Notes under the pieces: generated by a model | Databases searched by the model: none | The model's input: the letters and a program-made list of their open reading frames with translations, nothing else | What the model was told of the DNA's origin: nothing | Program-made: the position numbers and the translations under genes | From: a virus | Taxonomy: Duplodnaviria; Heunggongvirae; Uroviricota; Caudoviricetes | Strand: one strand, 5' to 3' | DNA length: 64,000 nt | IMG/VR virus record: IMGVR_UViG_3300038409_000042 | Part shown: positions 1-9,338 of the stretch, one piece after another | How the letters are laid out: each line of letters begins with the position of its first letter | Position numbering within the stretch: the stretch's first letter is position 1

Positions 1-842
1 AAAAACGGAGGCTCTAAAGTAACATTAAGGGCTAGTTGCTGTGTAAAGAATGTTTGACTATTGACAAAGAATGGTGCTGAAATAGTCCTTTCTATTTGCT
101 GTGTAAAGAACGTGTTAGTGTTGGTAAATAGAGGCGGCTCTAATGTTTGAGCGCCGGATGGAGCTAAACTAAGGATAGTTAAAAAGGCATCATCCGTTGT
201 TCCGCCAGCTGCCCATGTAGCATCTATATCGTCACTTCCTGCCGATAAAGCATTAGAGTGTCCAGCAACAATATTGTTGTTTGCAGACGATTCTTGAAAA
301 TCAGCATCCTCGGTAGATATGTTCGTTAAGGTACAGGTAATGTTAGCTGTTGAACTTATTCCACCAAGTAAGAGGTATGCTCCACCACTAACTCTACTTA
401 AAGTCGCTGCTAAAGTTCTATCATTTGTAGCTGTAGCCTCATCTGTCCCGGTATTCTCCGGTGTTTCACTAAAATCGTCACCCTCATATATGACATATCC
501 GGCACGAATCATGGTTGCGGCTGCGCCGCCGCCACCGTCAGCCGTGAAGGTGAAAGCTATAGTTTGATTTCCGCCAACAGGAACATCCCCGACAAACCAT
601 CTAGCGCCGAATGAGGTGTTGTCTGTGCTTATATTTCCTACAACAGAAGAGCCTGAAACCGCAGTAAGAGACTCGCCACCAACAGAACACGTAGCCGGAA
701 TTCCATCTCCAGCACTATTTTTTCTACCCCAAATACCAACCCATCTTTTAGTGCCGGCTGTACCTGTTGGTTGAGTTGCTAAAGAATATGAGGATGTATC
801 AGACTGGTCTTCCCCGTGCCCTACATAAACAAGTGAAGCCAT
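1..842 (-). CDS. partial virion structural protein, Gly/Thr-rich and tail-fibre-like; 5' part of gene only, continues past window start
   Basis: Minus-strand ATG at 840-842 with an open frame to position 1 (no stop). Translation begins MASLVYVGHGEDQSDTS. Internal protein repeat NTFFTQQ occurs twice; the matching DNA repeats sit at ~37-60 and ~96-120. Not in the ORF track because it lacks a stop. Confidence 0.5.
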   Translation of the reverse strand, partial: MASLVYVGHGEDQSDTSSYSLATQPTGTAGTKRWVGIWGRKNSAGDGIPATCSVGGESLTAVSGSSVVGNISTDNTSFGARWFVGDVPVGGNQTIAFTFTADGGGGAAATMIRAGYVIYEGDDFSETPENTGTDEATATNDRTLAATLSRVSGGAYLLLGGISSTANITCTLTNISTEDADFQESSANNNIVAGHSNALSAGSDDIDATWAAGGTTDDAFLTILSLAPSGAQTLEPPLFTNTNTFFTQQIERTISAPFFVNSQTFFTQQLALNVTLEPPF

Positions 843-851
843 GAAGCATTC

Positions 852-1259
852 CTATAGCTGGAATATACCAGAGGCGTTCCAATTGATTGTTATATTCTCA
901 CCGTTTGGTGTTGCAGGAAGTCCGGTGACAGACGTATCGAGATATAAAACCAATCTTGAAGTTGCGGCGTTTCCAGTATCGATATAAATAATAAGAGCCT
1001 CGATCGTATCTCCGGTTACTGCCGTAAAGGTTACGTTGTCTCCATCAAAAACCCCAGAAGCAACAGTAGTATTGGTAATTGTCTGCGCAGTTCCTACGAT
1101 AGCAGCGCCAGCAACATCATCGAGGAAGTCATGCGCCGCCGAATAAGTGTAGTCCGCAGTATCAATGAGGGCAACTTTAACTGTGCCATCATTAAGGTCT
1201 ATATTTGAATCGCCATCAAGTAGGGCTTGCTTATAGAGTGGATATACTGCGTTCGCCAT
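852..1259 (-). CDS. hypothetical virion-associated protein, Thr/Ala-rich
   Basis: 135-aa ORF packed directly after the upstream gene in the minus-strand structural block. Similar size and composition to the next ORF (tandem pair). Confidence 0.5.
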   Translation of the reverse strand: MANAVYPLYKQALLDGDSNIDLNDGTVKVALIDTADYTYSAAHDFLDDVAGAAIVGTAQTITNTTVASGVFDGDNVTFTAVTGDTIEALIIYIDTGNAATSRLVLYLDTSVTGLPATPNGENITINWNASGIFQL

Positions 1260-1265
1260 TTGTTC

Positions 1266-1685
1266 CTATGCCAGTCTAATAATTGCGTTCTCTGCGTCCG
1301 GTATAGGAAATGTTACTATAAAGCTTCCGTTTACGGTAGGTCTTAGCATTCCAAAATCCAGAACAGCCACTGACCTATTAGCTTGTGTTGCATTATAAAT
1401 AAGCGCTGCACGCGCGCTGAAATCAGCTGCCGCCCAAGTTACATCCAGAAAATCAACCAACGCTACATTGTTCAGGATCGTCGGTAGCGCGACTGTCAGC
1501 GTCTCGCCCCCCGCTACGTACCCTGTTCCAGAAACCTCTCCAGAGGCTGTGTAGGCCGTTGTAAGCGTGTTTAGAGTGGCGCTTTCTAGATAGAGCGCAA
1601 TCTTGAATGTATGAGTTCCAAAGATGTGAACTCCTTGTAATAGTTCTTGCCTGAAAGAATTGGTTATTGCTTGGGTGATTGCCAT
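1266..1685 (-). CDS. hypothetical virion-associated protein, tandem partner of 852-1259
   Basis: 139-aa ORF. Thr/Ala/Gly-rich beta-like composition similar to 852-1259. Confidence 0.5.
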   Translation of the reverse strand: MAITQAITNSFRQELLQGVHIFGTHTFKIALYLESATLNTLTTAYTASGEVSGTGYVAGGETLTVALPTILNNVALVDFLDVTWAAADFSARAALIYNATQANRSVAVLDFGMLRPTVNGSFIVTFPIPDAENAIIRLA

Positions 1686-1996
1686 TTTGCGCGCTCGGTT
1701 GCCATGCCTATTCTTATATATTCAGCAATGATACTTTTGATGTTTTCTCGGAAGGCGTAGGCTTGCTCACGTATTTCCGGTATTGATTTGTCTGAAACAA
1801 GTAGAATAGTATTAACTGCTTTTTCAGCAAGAAGCTCGGGCTCCCTACTGGATACAGACTTGATGACGATAACATTTCCGATCTTAACGTCATTATACTT
1901 CTTCCTGCGCACGCCGTTCCTCCAGCTCAAGGAGAAGGTCTCGTATCTTAGATAGGGCAGATTCCATAGGCTCTCCCATTTTAATCTCCTTTCCAA
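1664..1996 (-). CDS. hypothetical protein
   Basis: 110-aa ORF. 22-nt overlap with the downstream gene. Mutually overlapping with 1893-2105 for ~100 nt in another frame. Confidence 0.4.
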   Translation of the reverse strand: MERRLKWESLWNLPYLRYETFSLSWRNGVRRKKYNDVKIGNVIVIKSVSSREPELLAEKAVNTILLVSDKSIPEIREQAYAFRENIKSIIAEYIRIGMATERAKWQSPKQ

Positions 1997-2105
1997 GCTC
2001 CAAGCTTATATCTGAGATTTCACGAAACAACCTATTACAATAAGATTCTTTAGGCTGACCAAACATTCCTCCATCTTCTTGCATCTTCAGGTAATATTTG
2101 TTCAT
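1893..2105 (-). CDS. hypothetical small protein
   Basis: 70-aa ORF abutting 2107-2742. Overlaps 1664-1996; one of the two starts is probably wrong. Confidence 0.35.
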   Translation of the reverse strand: MNKYYLKMQEDGGMFGQPKESYCNRLFREISDISLELGKEIKMGEPMESALSKIRDLLLELEERRAQEEV

Positions 2106-2106
2106 A

Positions 2107-2742
2107 TTATGTTCTTCCTATCTGTGGCTCAGGGGACTTAAATGCATCAGGCGGTCTATTCTGACCTTCTGCCATAAGTTTCAGTCTAACGATAGCTTCC
2201 TGATAATTTTCATTGTATGTTTGAAACATATCTGGATCGCCCTTTTCGTATCTATATGCCTCAATTAGAGAACCATAGAGAAGGGCGTTTTCTGCATTAT
2301 CTCCAAGCCAGTTCGTTGAGCTAGTAACAATAGACTCCGGTTTATAAATATAATGAAGTTCTGTTGTATATGTGTTATCTGGCGTAGGTCCTACAATGAA
2401 TGTGTTTTGATCGAACATAGCATAATAACGTGGCCTCCCCTGAACCGAAGCGCTTGGAAAAGCGGCCCGGATAAAACTCACGTCTTTAGGAAAAAGAAAC
2501 GATTGAGAGCCAGAATCTGTGACACTCAATTCCAAAGGGGACCAAAAATCTGTAGGCAGGGTAAGATATTGATTGCCAGTAACGAAATTACTGGTCGCAT
2601 TCTTTTGCAGGAATTGAAGCTGAACAGCTCTATAGATACGTTCTTCAGCTAACTTCACAATATTGGGAATATTAGCAACGAAAGTTGATTCGTTGTTCTC
2701 TAGGTAATCCTGAATAAGTTGCGAAAGCGTAGCATAATTCAT
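2107..2742 (-). CDS. hypothetical virion structural protein
   Basis: 211-aa ORF in the contiguous minus-strand morphogenesis block. Stop and start codons are tightly packed with neighbours. Confidence 0.5.
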   Translation of the reverse strand: MNYATLSQLIQDYLENNESTFVANIPNIVKLAEERIYRAVQLQFLQKNATSNFVTGNQYLTLPTDFWSPLELSVTDSGSQSFLFPKDVSFIRAAFPSASVQGRPRYYAMFDQNTFIVGPTPDNTYTTELHYIYKPESIVTSSTNWLGDNAENALLYGSLIEAYRYEKGDPDMFQTYNENYQEAIVRLKLMAEGQNRPPDAFKSPEPQIGRT

Positions 2743-3395
2743 TATCGCTTCGGAGGCTTACCACCATGGATATAGCCGCCGCCTCTATATTTCTTAACCT
2801 TCCCGCCCTTACGAAGACCAACCTGGACTCCAGAACTAGGACCAGCTCTAGTTTTACGTTGTTCTGGATAATCCGCAGAGGTATAGACTTTTGGCTCATT
2901 TATTTGAGGATCAAGATAGCTTCTTAAGCCAAGCAATCTATGAGGAGTCATATTCAGGAGAAAGTCCCCAACGTCGCCACCTCTTTTCATTCTCATAGGA
3001 GCGCGCGGCCTCATCATTGGCATGCCGCCGCCAGCTGGCATAAGCGTAGAGATACCTTGCCGGCCCATTCGATTAACGCCAGAAGCAGGACCGCCCATCT
3101 GCATTCTTTTAGCCTTGCTTCTACTTGGCTTTGGATAATTTCTTGGTTCTTCTATAGCAAAATATTGACCATTGTCATTACTTTCCGCTATATCATACGT
3201 AGGTTTATCCCCTTTATTGTAACCTACCTTTCCGCCGCGGGCCAATCTTTTTGATTTTGATCCAACCTTACCGCCGCCCATCATTCTATGAGGTTTATAA
3301 TTTCCTATATCTGATGCAGGTTTAGCACTAGGACTAATCTTAGTCTTGCTAATTCCTATCTTTCCTCCAGATTCCATTCTCTTCTTATGGGGCAT
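2742..3395 (-). CDS. highly basic Gly/Lys-rich protein, putative internal virion or DNA-binding protein
   Basis: 217 aa. Repeated GGKVG/GGK motifs, many K/R, Met/Pro-rich stretches. Low-complexity basic composition. Confidence 0.5.
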   Translation of the reverse strand: MPHKKRMESGGKIGISKTKISPSAKPASDIGNYKPHRMMGGGKVGSKSKRLARGGKVGYNKGDKPTYDIAESNDNGQYFAIEEPRNYPKPSRSKAKRMQMGGPASGVNRMGRQGISTLMPAGGGMPMMRPRAPMRMKRGGDVGDFLLNMTPHRLLGLRSYLDPQINEPKVYTSADYPEQRKTRAGPSSGVQVGLRKGGKVKKYRGGGYIHGGKPPKR

Positions 3396-3739
3396 TAATA
3401 TCTCACATTCGCTTGGCCTTGTTTGGCGCTTATGAGTGTAGCAGGGTTTCCAACAGGTTGAAACCCATTTAACGATCTCATTTGATCAAATTCAACGCTG
3501 TCAGTACGTGGATCATAGACATTCTGAGGGTCTACAATTCTTACTTCACTAAGAAAGTTCTGAGGATGATCTACATCGAAGCATTCATCGCAGACGCGGT
3601 TATTTACCAACCTTCCTTGGATAGTTTCTGAAACTAACTCTCTTAATAATTTTTCATGTCCGCATCGGTCGCAAATACCTGGAACATAATGACCCTTAAC
3701 ATAAACTCTTGTCATTAGCGTCCCGGCCTTCTGTTCCAA
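3395..3739 (-). CDS. zinc-ribbon protein (two CxxC pairs)
   Basis: 114 aa with CDRCGHE ... CDEC, i.e. CxxC-x18-CxxC. Confidence 0.5.
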   Translation of the reverse strand: MEQKAGTLMTRVYVKGHYVPGICDRCGHEKLLRELVSETIQGRLVNNRVCDECFDVDHPQNFLSEVRIVDPQNVYDPRTDSVEFDQMRSLNGFQPVGNPATLISAKQGQANVRY

Positions 3740-4392
3740 AGACCAATGAAGAAAGATTCCCTTCCGCGATCCTCCGATTGAGCCCGTTGCAATTCTTCTT
3801 CATACATAAGCTTAAGGGCTGTAAGACGATCCATTGGAAGCTCAGGGTTTTTTAATGCAAGCTGATAGGCGAGCCCGGCTGTGAACGCGTGAAGAAATCG
3901 GAACGGCAAGTCCATTGTGTTAAGCGGCGTGCCAGCGTCCTGTATCCGCCTGAGACGCCAGTAGACGAGTGTGTAGGCCCGATCTGGAACCGGCCATAGG
4001 TTAATCCTAGGAAAATCCACGAGCCTTTCCACCCATCCTTGTAGGGGGCGGCCCGTCTGTGTCTTGTTATGGATTTGCGCATATGTCCCGACACCTATTC
4101 TTTCCAGATAGTAATCTGTGCTGGAGTCGTCCCTAACAACAAACCGGATGACATCGACAGTGTCAGCCGGAAAATCATATTGAGCATCATTGGCAACTAA
4201 CGATATTGTTCCGCTATCAATCATCCAAAGGTTAATACCTCTGTTCGCCCATTCGCTTGTGAGAAAGTTCATGGAGCGAGAAGCAGAATCCCACTGATAC
4301 CCTGATCTTAATTCGAAGCCAGCTCTAGAGGCTGCTTCTTCCATTATTTCTAGGACATTTGGAGAGAACGCAGTGGTGCCACTAGTTGTCAT
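3715..4392 (-). CDS. hypothetical virion structural protein
   Basis: 225-aa ORF in the structural block. Confidence 0.5.
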   Translation of the reverse strand: MTTSGTTAFSPNVLEIMEEAASRAGFELRSGYQWDSASRSMNFLTSEWANRGINLWMIDSGTISLVANDAQYDFPADTVDVIRFVVRDDSSTDYYLERIGVGTYAQIHNKTQTGRPLQGWVERLVDFPRINLWPVPDRAYTLVYWRLRRIQDAGTPLNTMDLPFRFLHAFTAGLAYQLALKNPELPMDRLTALKLMYEEELQRAQSEDRGRESFFIGLWNRRPGR

Positions 4393-4406
4393 AGTGGCTC
4401 CTCATT

Positions 4407-4823
4407 TTACTTGCCAGCGGGCAAGATCGGTTTCGCCGTTATTCTACCAATAAGGACAAGGGCTGCGCCTACCGCCGTCATCAGTTGATCAAATATGCTG
4501 GCCGCCTCATCAGGAACAGTAGCATCAGCCTGAACTCCGAAGAGTTGAAGAACAAGAATAACGCCGCCCCAAAGAGTCTTTGAGGAAACTAGATTCTTTA
4601 TAACTCCAAATATTTTACCAAAGTCTTTCATGCTGATCTTGTACCATAAATCCTCAGGCACGTCTATAGACGCAACTCTAAAGCTATCTTCCTCGTTTGC
4701 GTCTGGGGACGCTTTCTCCAGCTTTTCTTGCTTCACTGAGGGCGATAGCAATAGCTTGATCTCTTGATTGGACTTTCGGCCCCTTTTTCGAGCCGGAATG
4801 GAGAGTTCCTTGTTTGAATTCAT
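4407..4823 (-). CDS. putative membrane protein with hydrophobic C-terminus; possibly shorter (start near 4631)
   Basis: 138-aa ORF. C-terminal hydrophobic segments WGGVILVLQLFG and AVGAALVLIG. The 5' 140 nt overlap 4684-4914, so the internal Met start at ~4631 is plausible. Confidence 0.4.
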   Translation of the reverse strand: MNSNKELSIPARKRGRKSNQEIKLLLSPSVKQEKLEKASPDANEEDSFRVASIDVPEDLWYKISMKDFGKIFGVIKNLVSSKTLWGGVILVLQLFGVQADATVPDEAASIFDQLMTAVGAALVLIGRITAKPILPAGK

Positions 4824-4914
4824 GCATCACCTTCTCTACCTTTCCGCCTTTCGCTCGCCTTTTCATAGGAGGCTTTGATATTTGATTTCTCATTTGTGCT
4901 CTAGAGTATGCCAT
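4684..4914 (-). CDS. small basic Lys-rich protein
   Basis: 76 aa. KRRAKGGKVEKV echoes the GGKV motif of 2742-3395. Confidence 0.4.
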   Translation of the reverse strand: MAYSRAQMRNQISKPPMKRRAKGGKVEKVMHEFKQGTLHSGSKKGPKVQSRDQAIAIALSEARKAGESVPRRKRGR

Positions 4915-5259
4915 CTATGGAGCCTGTATATATTCGACAAATCCAGTCACTACGCTAGCGGCTGTAGCGCCGATCTGGAATGCTTCTCCATCCGCACCAA
5001 TGAAATAGGGCTCGCCGCCGTCATAAGGGAACGGCAGAGTTTGGTTTTGTAGAATGCTGACAGAGGTTGTTAGGGCAGTCGTGGCTCTATAAAAGACAAT
5101 AGCAGTCGCCGCAGTCACGCTCGTAATATACATACGATACACGCGGAACTTCTGACCCGCTACGCCGGCAATAACAGACAGAGGATTTCCAATGCCTGTG
5201 CCAGTGACGTTCACCGTCCCTAAGGTGAAGTCCTTGTACCTTTTAGGCATCCAGGTCAT
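4915..5259 (-). CDS. hypothetical virion protein
   Basis: 114-aa ORF abutting neighbours. Confidence 0.5.
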   Translation of the reverse strand: MTWMPKRYKDFTLGTVNVTGTGIGNPLSVIAGVAGQKFRVYRMYITSVTAATAIVFYRATTALTTSVSILQNQTLPFPYDGGEPYFIGADGEAFQIGATAASVVTGFVEYIQAP

Positions 5260-5269
5260 GGCTTACCTC

Positions 5270-5722
5270 CTACGGAGTCAGGGCCACAAGCGGCAGAATC
5301 ATATCTGCAAAAAATGTCGCTGCGCCCACTGCGCTAGAGCCTCCAGTCTGTGTAATTCTGACGTGAAGTAACCCTCCGGCTGGAAATGAAGTAAAATCAG
5401 CCGCAGCCGCGCTAACTAATGTATGATTATAAACGCCAATTGCTTTCACAGTAGTAGAAGCAACATATTGAGCGCCGCCGGCTACGTTACCTACCGTAAT
5501 CAATGCATCCGTAACGGCTTCGAATGCCGTTGTAGTATGAGTTCTTAAATGCTCGATTGAAGCTCCTTCTGGGACTTCAAGAGTAAAATCAGTCGTAGCC
5601 TGTGCCGGAACAGTAATCGTCAATCTACGAGCTACTTGTGCCGCGCAATTGATCGATTCCTCTCCCTCAACGGCCATACCCTGCTTAGAGCAAATAGGTC
5701 CTGACCAATGTGAAGCGCCCAT
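5270..5722 (-). CDS. hypothetical virion protein, possibly head decoration
   Basis: 150-aa Thr/Ala/Gly-rich ORF immediately downstream of the putative capsid gene. Confidence 0.5.
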   Translation of the reverse strand: MGASHWSGPICSKQGMAVEGEESINCAAQVARRLTITVPAQATTDFTLEVPEGASIEHLRTHTTTAFEAVTDALITVGNVAGGAQYVASTTVKAIGVYNHTLVSAAAADFTSFPAGGLLHVRITQTGGSSAVGAATFFADMILPLVALTP

Positions 5723-5725
5723 CTA

Positions 5726-6628
5726 TTAGCTCCCGCCGCTAGAACCATAACCCCCGAGAGGATCGGTCGCACCGAATGAATACCGCTCTCTAGACTTATA
5801 CTTCATGTTGCCAGTATCGAAGTCCACCTCAGAGCCAGTCTTGATCGCCACTCTGTTGAACATCTTGAACCCGCCAGGAACATCGGTCAGAAGGAACCAA
5901 GCATTCGTATCCGTGAAGTAATGATTAACGCAGTAACCCTCAGGGATCGTGCCAAGTTGCCTCATTGCATTCGGATCATTGTCAGAAGTCGCAACCCGAA
6001 GTTTCGACGTGAGAATTCTTTCCGCCGTAAAGAGCAGAGCAGGCGGAACCGCCAACTTTCTTGGTCTAGCCGCAATAAGAAGCCCGCGTTCGTCCGTCCA
6101 GGCTGCAATTGCGATCGAAGCATTCTCAAGCGCCGTTTCGCTAAGGTCAGCCGCAACCCGATTGCTAAGCGTACCCCCAGAGATGAGCGGGTGGGCCGTG
6201 CTAAAGAGCGTGACGCCATCGCCCGTTTGGAAGGTCGTGAAGCCATCATTGAAGGTTGCCGCGGCCCTCACTTGCTTAGTGTGAGCCATAGACCGGGCCA
6301 ACGCTTTGGTATATCTGCTAGAAAGACTTCCGTAGAGATTATCTTCGAACGCTTCCTCGGTTAGAGCGAAGCCTTGAGCAATCGTAACGTGCGTGTATCT
6401 AGCCGTCCATGCTTCCTGAGCGTTGTCATAATCAACCGGAGAGCCTTCAAGCTTAACTCCAGCCGCCTTAAATCCGCCTAATTTTTGCTCTTCTTCGAAG
6501 GCCCGTTCCGAACTATCCATTTCGTATAGTTCAGTATGCTCTTCGGTATATTTCTTGTATTCAAGACCAAAGAGTTTATTAAGTCCAGGAACAAGTTCTT
6601 TAAGTAATTGTGCTCTACTAATTGCCAT
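5726..6628 (-). CDS. putative major capsid protein (HK97-fold-like)
   Basis: 300 aa. Sits downstream of the portal and scaffold-like genes in the same transcription direction. Composition and length fit a small capsid protein; assignment is by position and eye only. Confidence 0.5.
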   Translation of the reverse strand: MAISRAQLLKELVPGLNKLFGLEYKKYTEEHTELYEMDSSERAFEEEQKLGGFKAAGVKLEGSPVDYDNAQEAWTARYTHVTIAQGFALTEEAFEDNLYGSLSSRYTKALARSMAHTKQVRAAATFNDGFTTFQTGDGVTLFSTAHPLISGGTLSNRVAADLSETALENASIAIAAWTDERGLLIAARPRKLAVPPALLFTAERILTSKLRVATSDNDPNAMRQLGTIPEGYCVNHYFTDTNAWFLLTDVPGGFKMFNRVAIKTGSEVDFDTGNMKYKSRERYSFGATDPLGGYGSSGGS

Positions 6629-6631
6629 CTA

Positions 6632-7243
6632 TTATATCCCCGTCGCCGTTCTCCAGGTGGGGATATTGAAGACCACAATCAGATTAGTGAACGCATCCCC
6701 AATCGCGTCACCGGCACCTCTAGAAAAGTCCACAACCTTAACAGGAAGAGTAGCAGTAGCCGCCTCAGTCGCAGTATCAAGTTGAAGACCGGAATTACCT
6801 ATCGTTCCCGTAGGCTCGGCCGTTTGAATAATACCCGCATTGTTAAAGAGGAACGTTTGAGCCGCGGCACCATTAGCCTGAAGTAAATATCTTTGGTCAG
6901 GATCGGCCGTCACAAAAGCATCAATGTTCTCAGAGTTGGGAGGCGTAATGCCTCCAGGGTAATAATGGTTCCAAGTTGGCTGTCGAGTATTCGGGTCCGT
7001 GTATTGGACACCCACAAGAACACCTAACCAACCATTTGCCGGAGCAGTAACCGTACTAGTCGTTGCCGTTCTAGTCGCATTAAATCTTTCGATAAAACCA
7101 GTCGCTACGCCAATAACAGGATCGCCATTATCAATTCTAGTTGCATATCCTGCGGCGATCGTAAAATGATAGACCCCATGAGAATAGGGCGCTCCCGTTA
7201 CTCCAATAGGCTCAAAGCCGCGAGGTGCTGAAGTTAAAGCCAT
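6632..7243 (-). CDS. hypothetical head protein
   Basis: 203-aa ORF between the scaffold-like and capsid-like genes. Confidence 0.5.
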   Translation of the reverse strand: MALTSAPRGFEPIGVTGAPYSHGVYHFTIAAGYATRIDNGDPVIGVATGFIERFNATRTATTSTVTAPANGWLGVLVGVQYTDPNTRQPTWNHYYPGGITPPNSENIDAFVTADPDQRYLLQANGAAAQTFLFNNAGIIQTAEPTGTIGNSGLQLDTATEAATATLPVKVVDFSRGAGDAIGDAFTNLIVVFNIPTWRTATGI

Positions 7244-7246
7244 CTA

Positions 7247-7834
7247 TTAGTCTCTGCTCGATCCACTCTGTCTTACTGTTTGTTCCGAAAACAACGGCAT
7301 ACGTTTATCATTAAGTGTAAAGAGTGTTCTGTCAACTGCATCTATCTGATTTTGGTTCTTTCTTTTGTAGTATTCTTCGCGAGCTATAATTATCTCTTCT
7401 GGAATTCTACAAAGAACTAAATCCCCAATTTCTATTGCATCTGATGTCTCAGATTCATAAACGCTCAATTCAGCTATTGCGCTATAGGTAGGATCACTTG
7501 CTAATACAGGTCTCCAGCCCTCTCTCATCCTTGCGCCCCAATTAGTTGGATTCAGAACTCCCATAGTTGACTTAGCAACCCATCTATGACGCCATCCAGG
7601 TATCATAGGAACGTCAGGAAGAATATTAGGCTCCTTGTAAGTCGCTACTCTAATATCTGACTTTCTATCATCATACTCACGTGGCTTTCTATTAACTTCA
7701 TCTCTTTCTTCGGCATCTTCTAGATCAGTAACCTCATACGTATTGGTATGCCTTACGGACGTGGTTCTAGTTTGTTCCGCGCTTCTTTTCTCAAACGTCA
7801 CTAAATCATCCTTACTCATCTTCACTTTCTCCAT
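7247..7834 (-). CDS. hypothetical head morphogenesis protein
   Basis: 195-aa ORF. Confidence 0.5.
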   Translation of the reverse strand: MEKVKMSKDDLVTFEKRSAEQTRTTSVRHTNTYEVTDLEDAEERDEVNRKPREYDDRKSDIRVATYKEPNILPDVPMIPGWRHRWVAKSTMGVLNPTNWGARMREGWRPVLASDPTYSAIAELSVYESETSDAIEIGDLVLCRIPEEIIIAREEYYKRKNQNQIDAVDRTLFTLNDKRMPLFSEQTVRQSGSSRD

Positions 7835-8792
7835 GAACTCTTACATATTCTTTTGCGTATTCTTTTGGATCAATTTTATTCTTTTCCAAGAACTTCACTG
7901 TCTGAGCGCTAATCTGAATAGAACGCGGTTTCTTGACCGTATTCCTGCTAACAGGAGCGACATTGCTTTTCCCTCCGCCCTTTCCAGCTGACTTCTTAAA
8001 TTTCTCTGGAAATCTGGTTTTCATCTCAGTATCAATTCTTTTGTAATATTCATCTGATCCAGGATGAACTCCCTCATTACGCTCAATATTATTAGCAAAC
8101 AGAAGGGCATAGTTCGTCATATTGGGATCAACATCCTTACTTGCTCTAGGATCGCCGAACCAAGGATTATTTTTAGCCCAAGCCACAGCCTTAGGGTCAG
8201 GTTGCCTTACGTTTGTTTTAGTTTCTCTTTTTTCTTCCTTATCGTCTGTTGCTATTTTGTTCTGAGTCTCAGAAGCTTGCTCAAGGAAGGCGTCAACTTT
8301 AACAAGTTCAGCAGTTAGCTTCCCGATGGCGGCATTGGCCTTAGCTAGAGCCTTTCCATCTCCCTCATCGTAGGCGCTAGCGACCGCCTCCTGAGCTGCC
8401 TCAAGCTCGGCCTCAATGCGCTTCTTATCATTTTCGAGGGCTTTCTTTTTAGAGTCAGAAACGCCGGCTCTGAGCTTTTGGTTCTCCTCGATAGCGTCTT
8501 TAGCTATCTTGGCAACCTTCATCATTTCCTCGTCGCGATCAAACCTTGCGCGGTCCTGAGCTGCTAGCTTTTCTTCTAATTCCTTAATCTTAGCTTTAGC
8601 TCTACGAGAGTATTTAGCCATCTCTTCTTCAAGAGATTCATTTTCGCCATCATCGTCTATTTCATCTTCTTCGTCGTTCGTAAACTTACCAGTATCGGTA
8701 TCAATTTCGAACATTTCCTCATCAATCTCAGTAACTTCTGGATCGATATCATCCTCAAAGAAAGTCTTATTTCCTCTCTGAACTCCTGCCAT
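7812..8792 (-). CDS. acidic coiled-coil protein, putative scaffolding protein
   Basis: 326 aa. Very acidic N-terminus (EDDIDPEVTEIDEEMFEIDTD) and long predicted coiled coil (KIKELEEKLAAQDRARFDRDEEMMK...). Lies between the portal and capsid candidates. Confidence 0.5.
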   Translation of the reverse strand: MAGVQRGNKTFFEDDIDPEVTEIDEEMFEIDTDTGKFTNDEEDEIDDDGENESLEEEMAKYSRRAKAKIKELEEKLAAQDRARFDRDEEMMKVAKIAKDAIEENQKLRAGVSDSKKKALENDKKRIEAELEAAQEAVASAYDEGDGKALAKANAAIGKLTAELVKVDAFLEQASETQNKIATDDKEEKRETKTNVRQPDPKAVAWAKNNPWFGDPRASKDVDPNMTNYALLFANNIERNEGVHPGSDEYYKRIDTEMKTRFPEKFKKSAGKGGGKSNVAPVSRNTVKKPRSIQISAQTVKFLEKNKIDPKEYAKEYVRVHGESEDE

Positions 8793-9157
8793 TAAACTCT
8801 CCTTATCATGCTTGCGTCTTCAATAACTGCATCAATGGCATCATCGTTTATCAAACGAAACTCCTGCCCAGCCAACTTAAATCTTGTTCCAGTATAACTT
8901 CTAAACATAACAAAATCTCCTACCTTGCACCATGGCCCGTTTGGAAATCTCTTAGTATCTGTATAGCAATCACTTCCTAACTCTATTACCCTAGCAACAA
9001 GTTGAGCAACTTCTTCCCTACTTACGTGTTCATCGGGAAGATAAACGCCCTTCTCAGTAATTGCCGCCATGGTTGGTAATGCCACGAGGATTTTGTATCC
9101 ACATGGTTTTGGTATGTGCTTATCCTCTAATACTTCTTCATCACTATCAGACATCAT
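8792..9157 (-). CDS. GroES-like co-chaperonin (T4 gp31/CocO-like)
   Basis: 121 aa. C-terminal CKVGDFVMFRSYTGTRFKLAGQEFRLINDDAIDAVIE resembles the GroES segment VKVGDIVIFNDGYG...EEVLIMSESDILAIVE. N-terminal GYKILVALP resembles the GroES V-I-V-K strand. Confidence 0.55.
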   Translation of the reverse strand: MMSDSDEEVLEDKHIPKPCGYKILVALPTMAAITEKGVYLPDEHVSREEVAQLVARVIELGSDCYTDTKRFPNGPWCKVGDFVMFRSYTGTRFKLAGQEFRLINDDAIDAVIEDASMIRRV

Positions 9158-9338
9158 CTTCTTCGTCTTCTCGTTTCTTCTCTGCTTCTATAATTGACCT
9201 TATTATCCTAAAAGCCTCTAGTCGTCCAGCTATTCTCCTGTAGTCTTCCATGTTTCCGCAGATACCGTACACCATAGTGTGTTCGTCTCTGGAAATCTCA
9301 TAATCCATAGACTTTAGTATATTATCAAGTTTTGTCAT
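9147..9338 (-). CDS. small acidic hypothetical protein
   Basis: 63-aa ORF filling the gap between the portal stop and the GroES-like start. Confidence 0.35.
   Translation of the reverse strand: MTKLDNILKSMDYEISRDEHTMVYGICGNMEDYRRIAGRLEAFRIIRSIIEAEKKREDEEDDV

Noticed and set aside
2353-3254. Plus-strand ORFs 2353-2652 and 2940-3254; minus-strand ORF 2672-2899
   Set aside because: Embedded in or antisense to the minus-strand structural genes, with composition typical of off-frame translation.
5921-6364. Plus-strand ORFs 5921-6364 and 5949-6284, and minus-strand ORF 5962-6249
   Set aside because: They lie inside or antisense to the 300-aa capsid-candidate gene. They have low-complexity Arg/Ser-rich translations and are strand-inconsistent with the operon.
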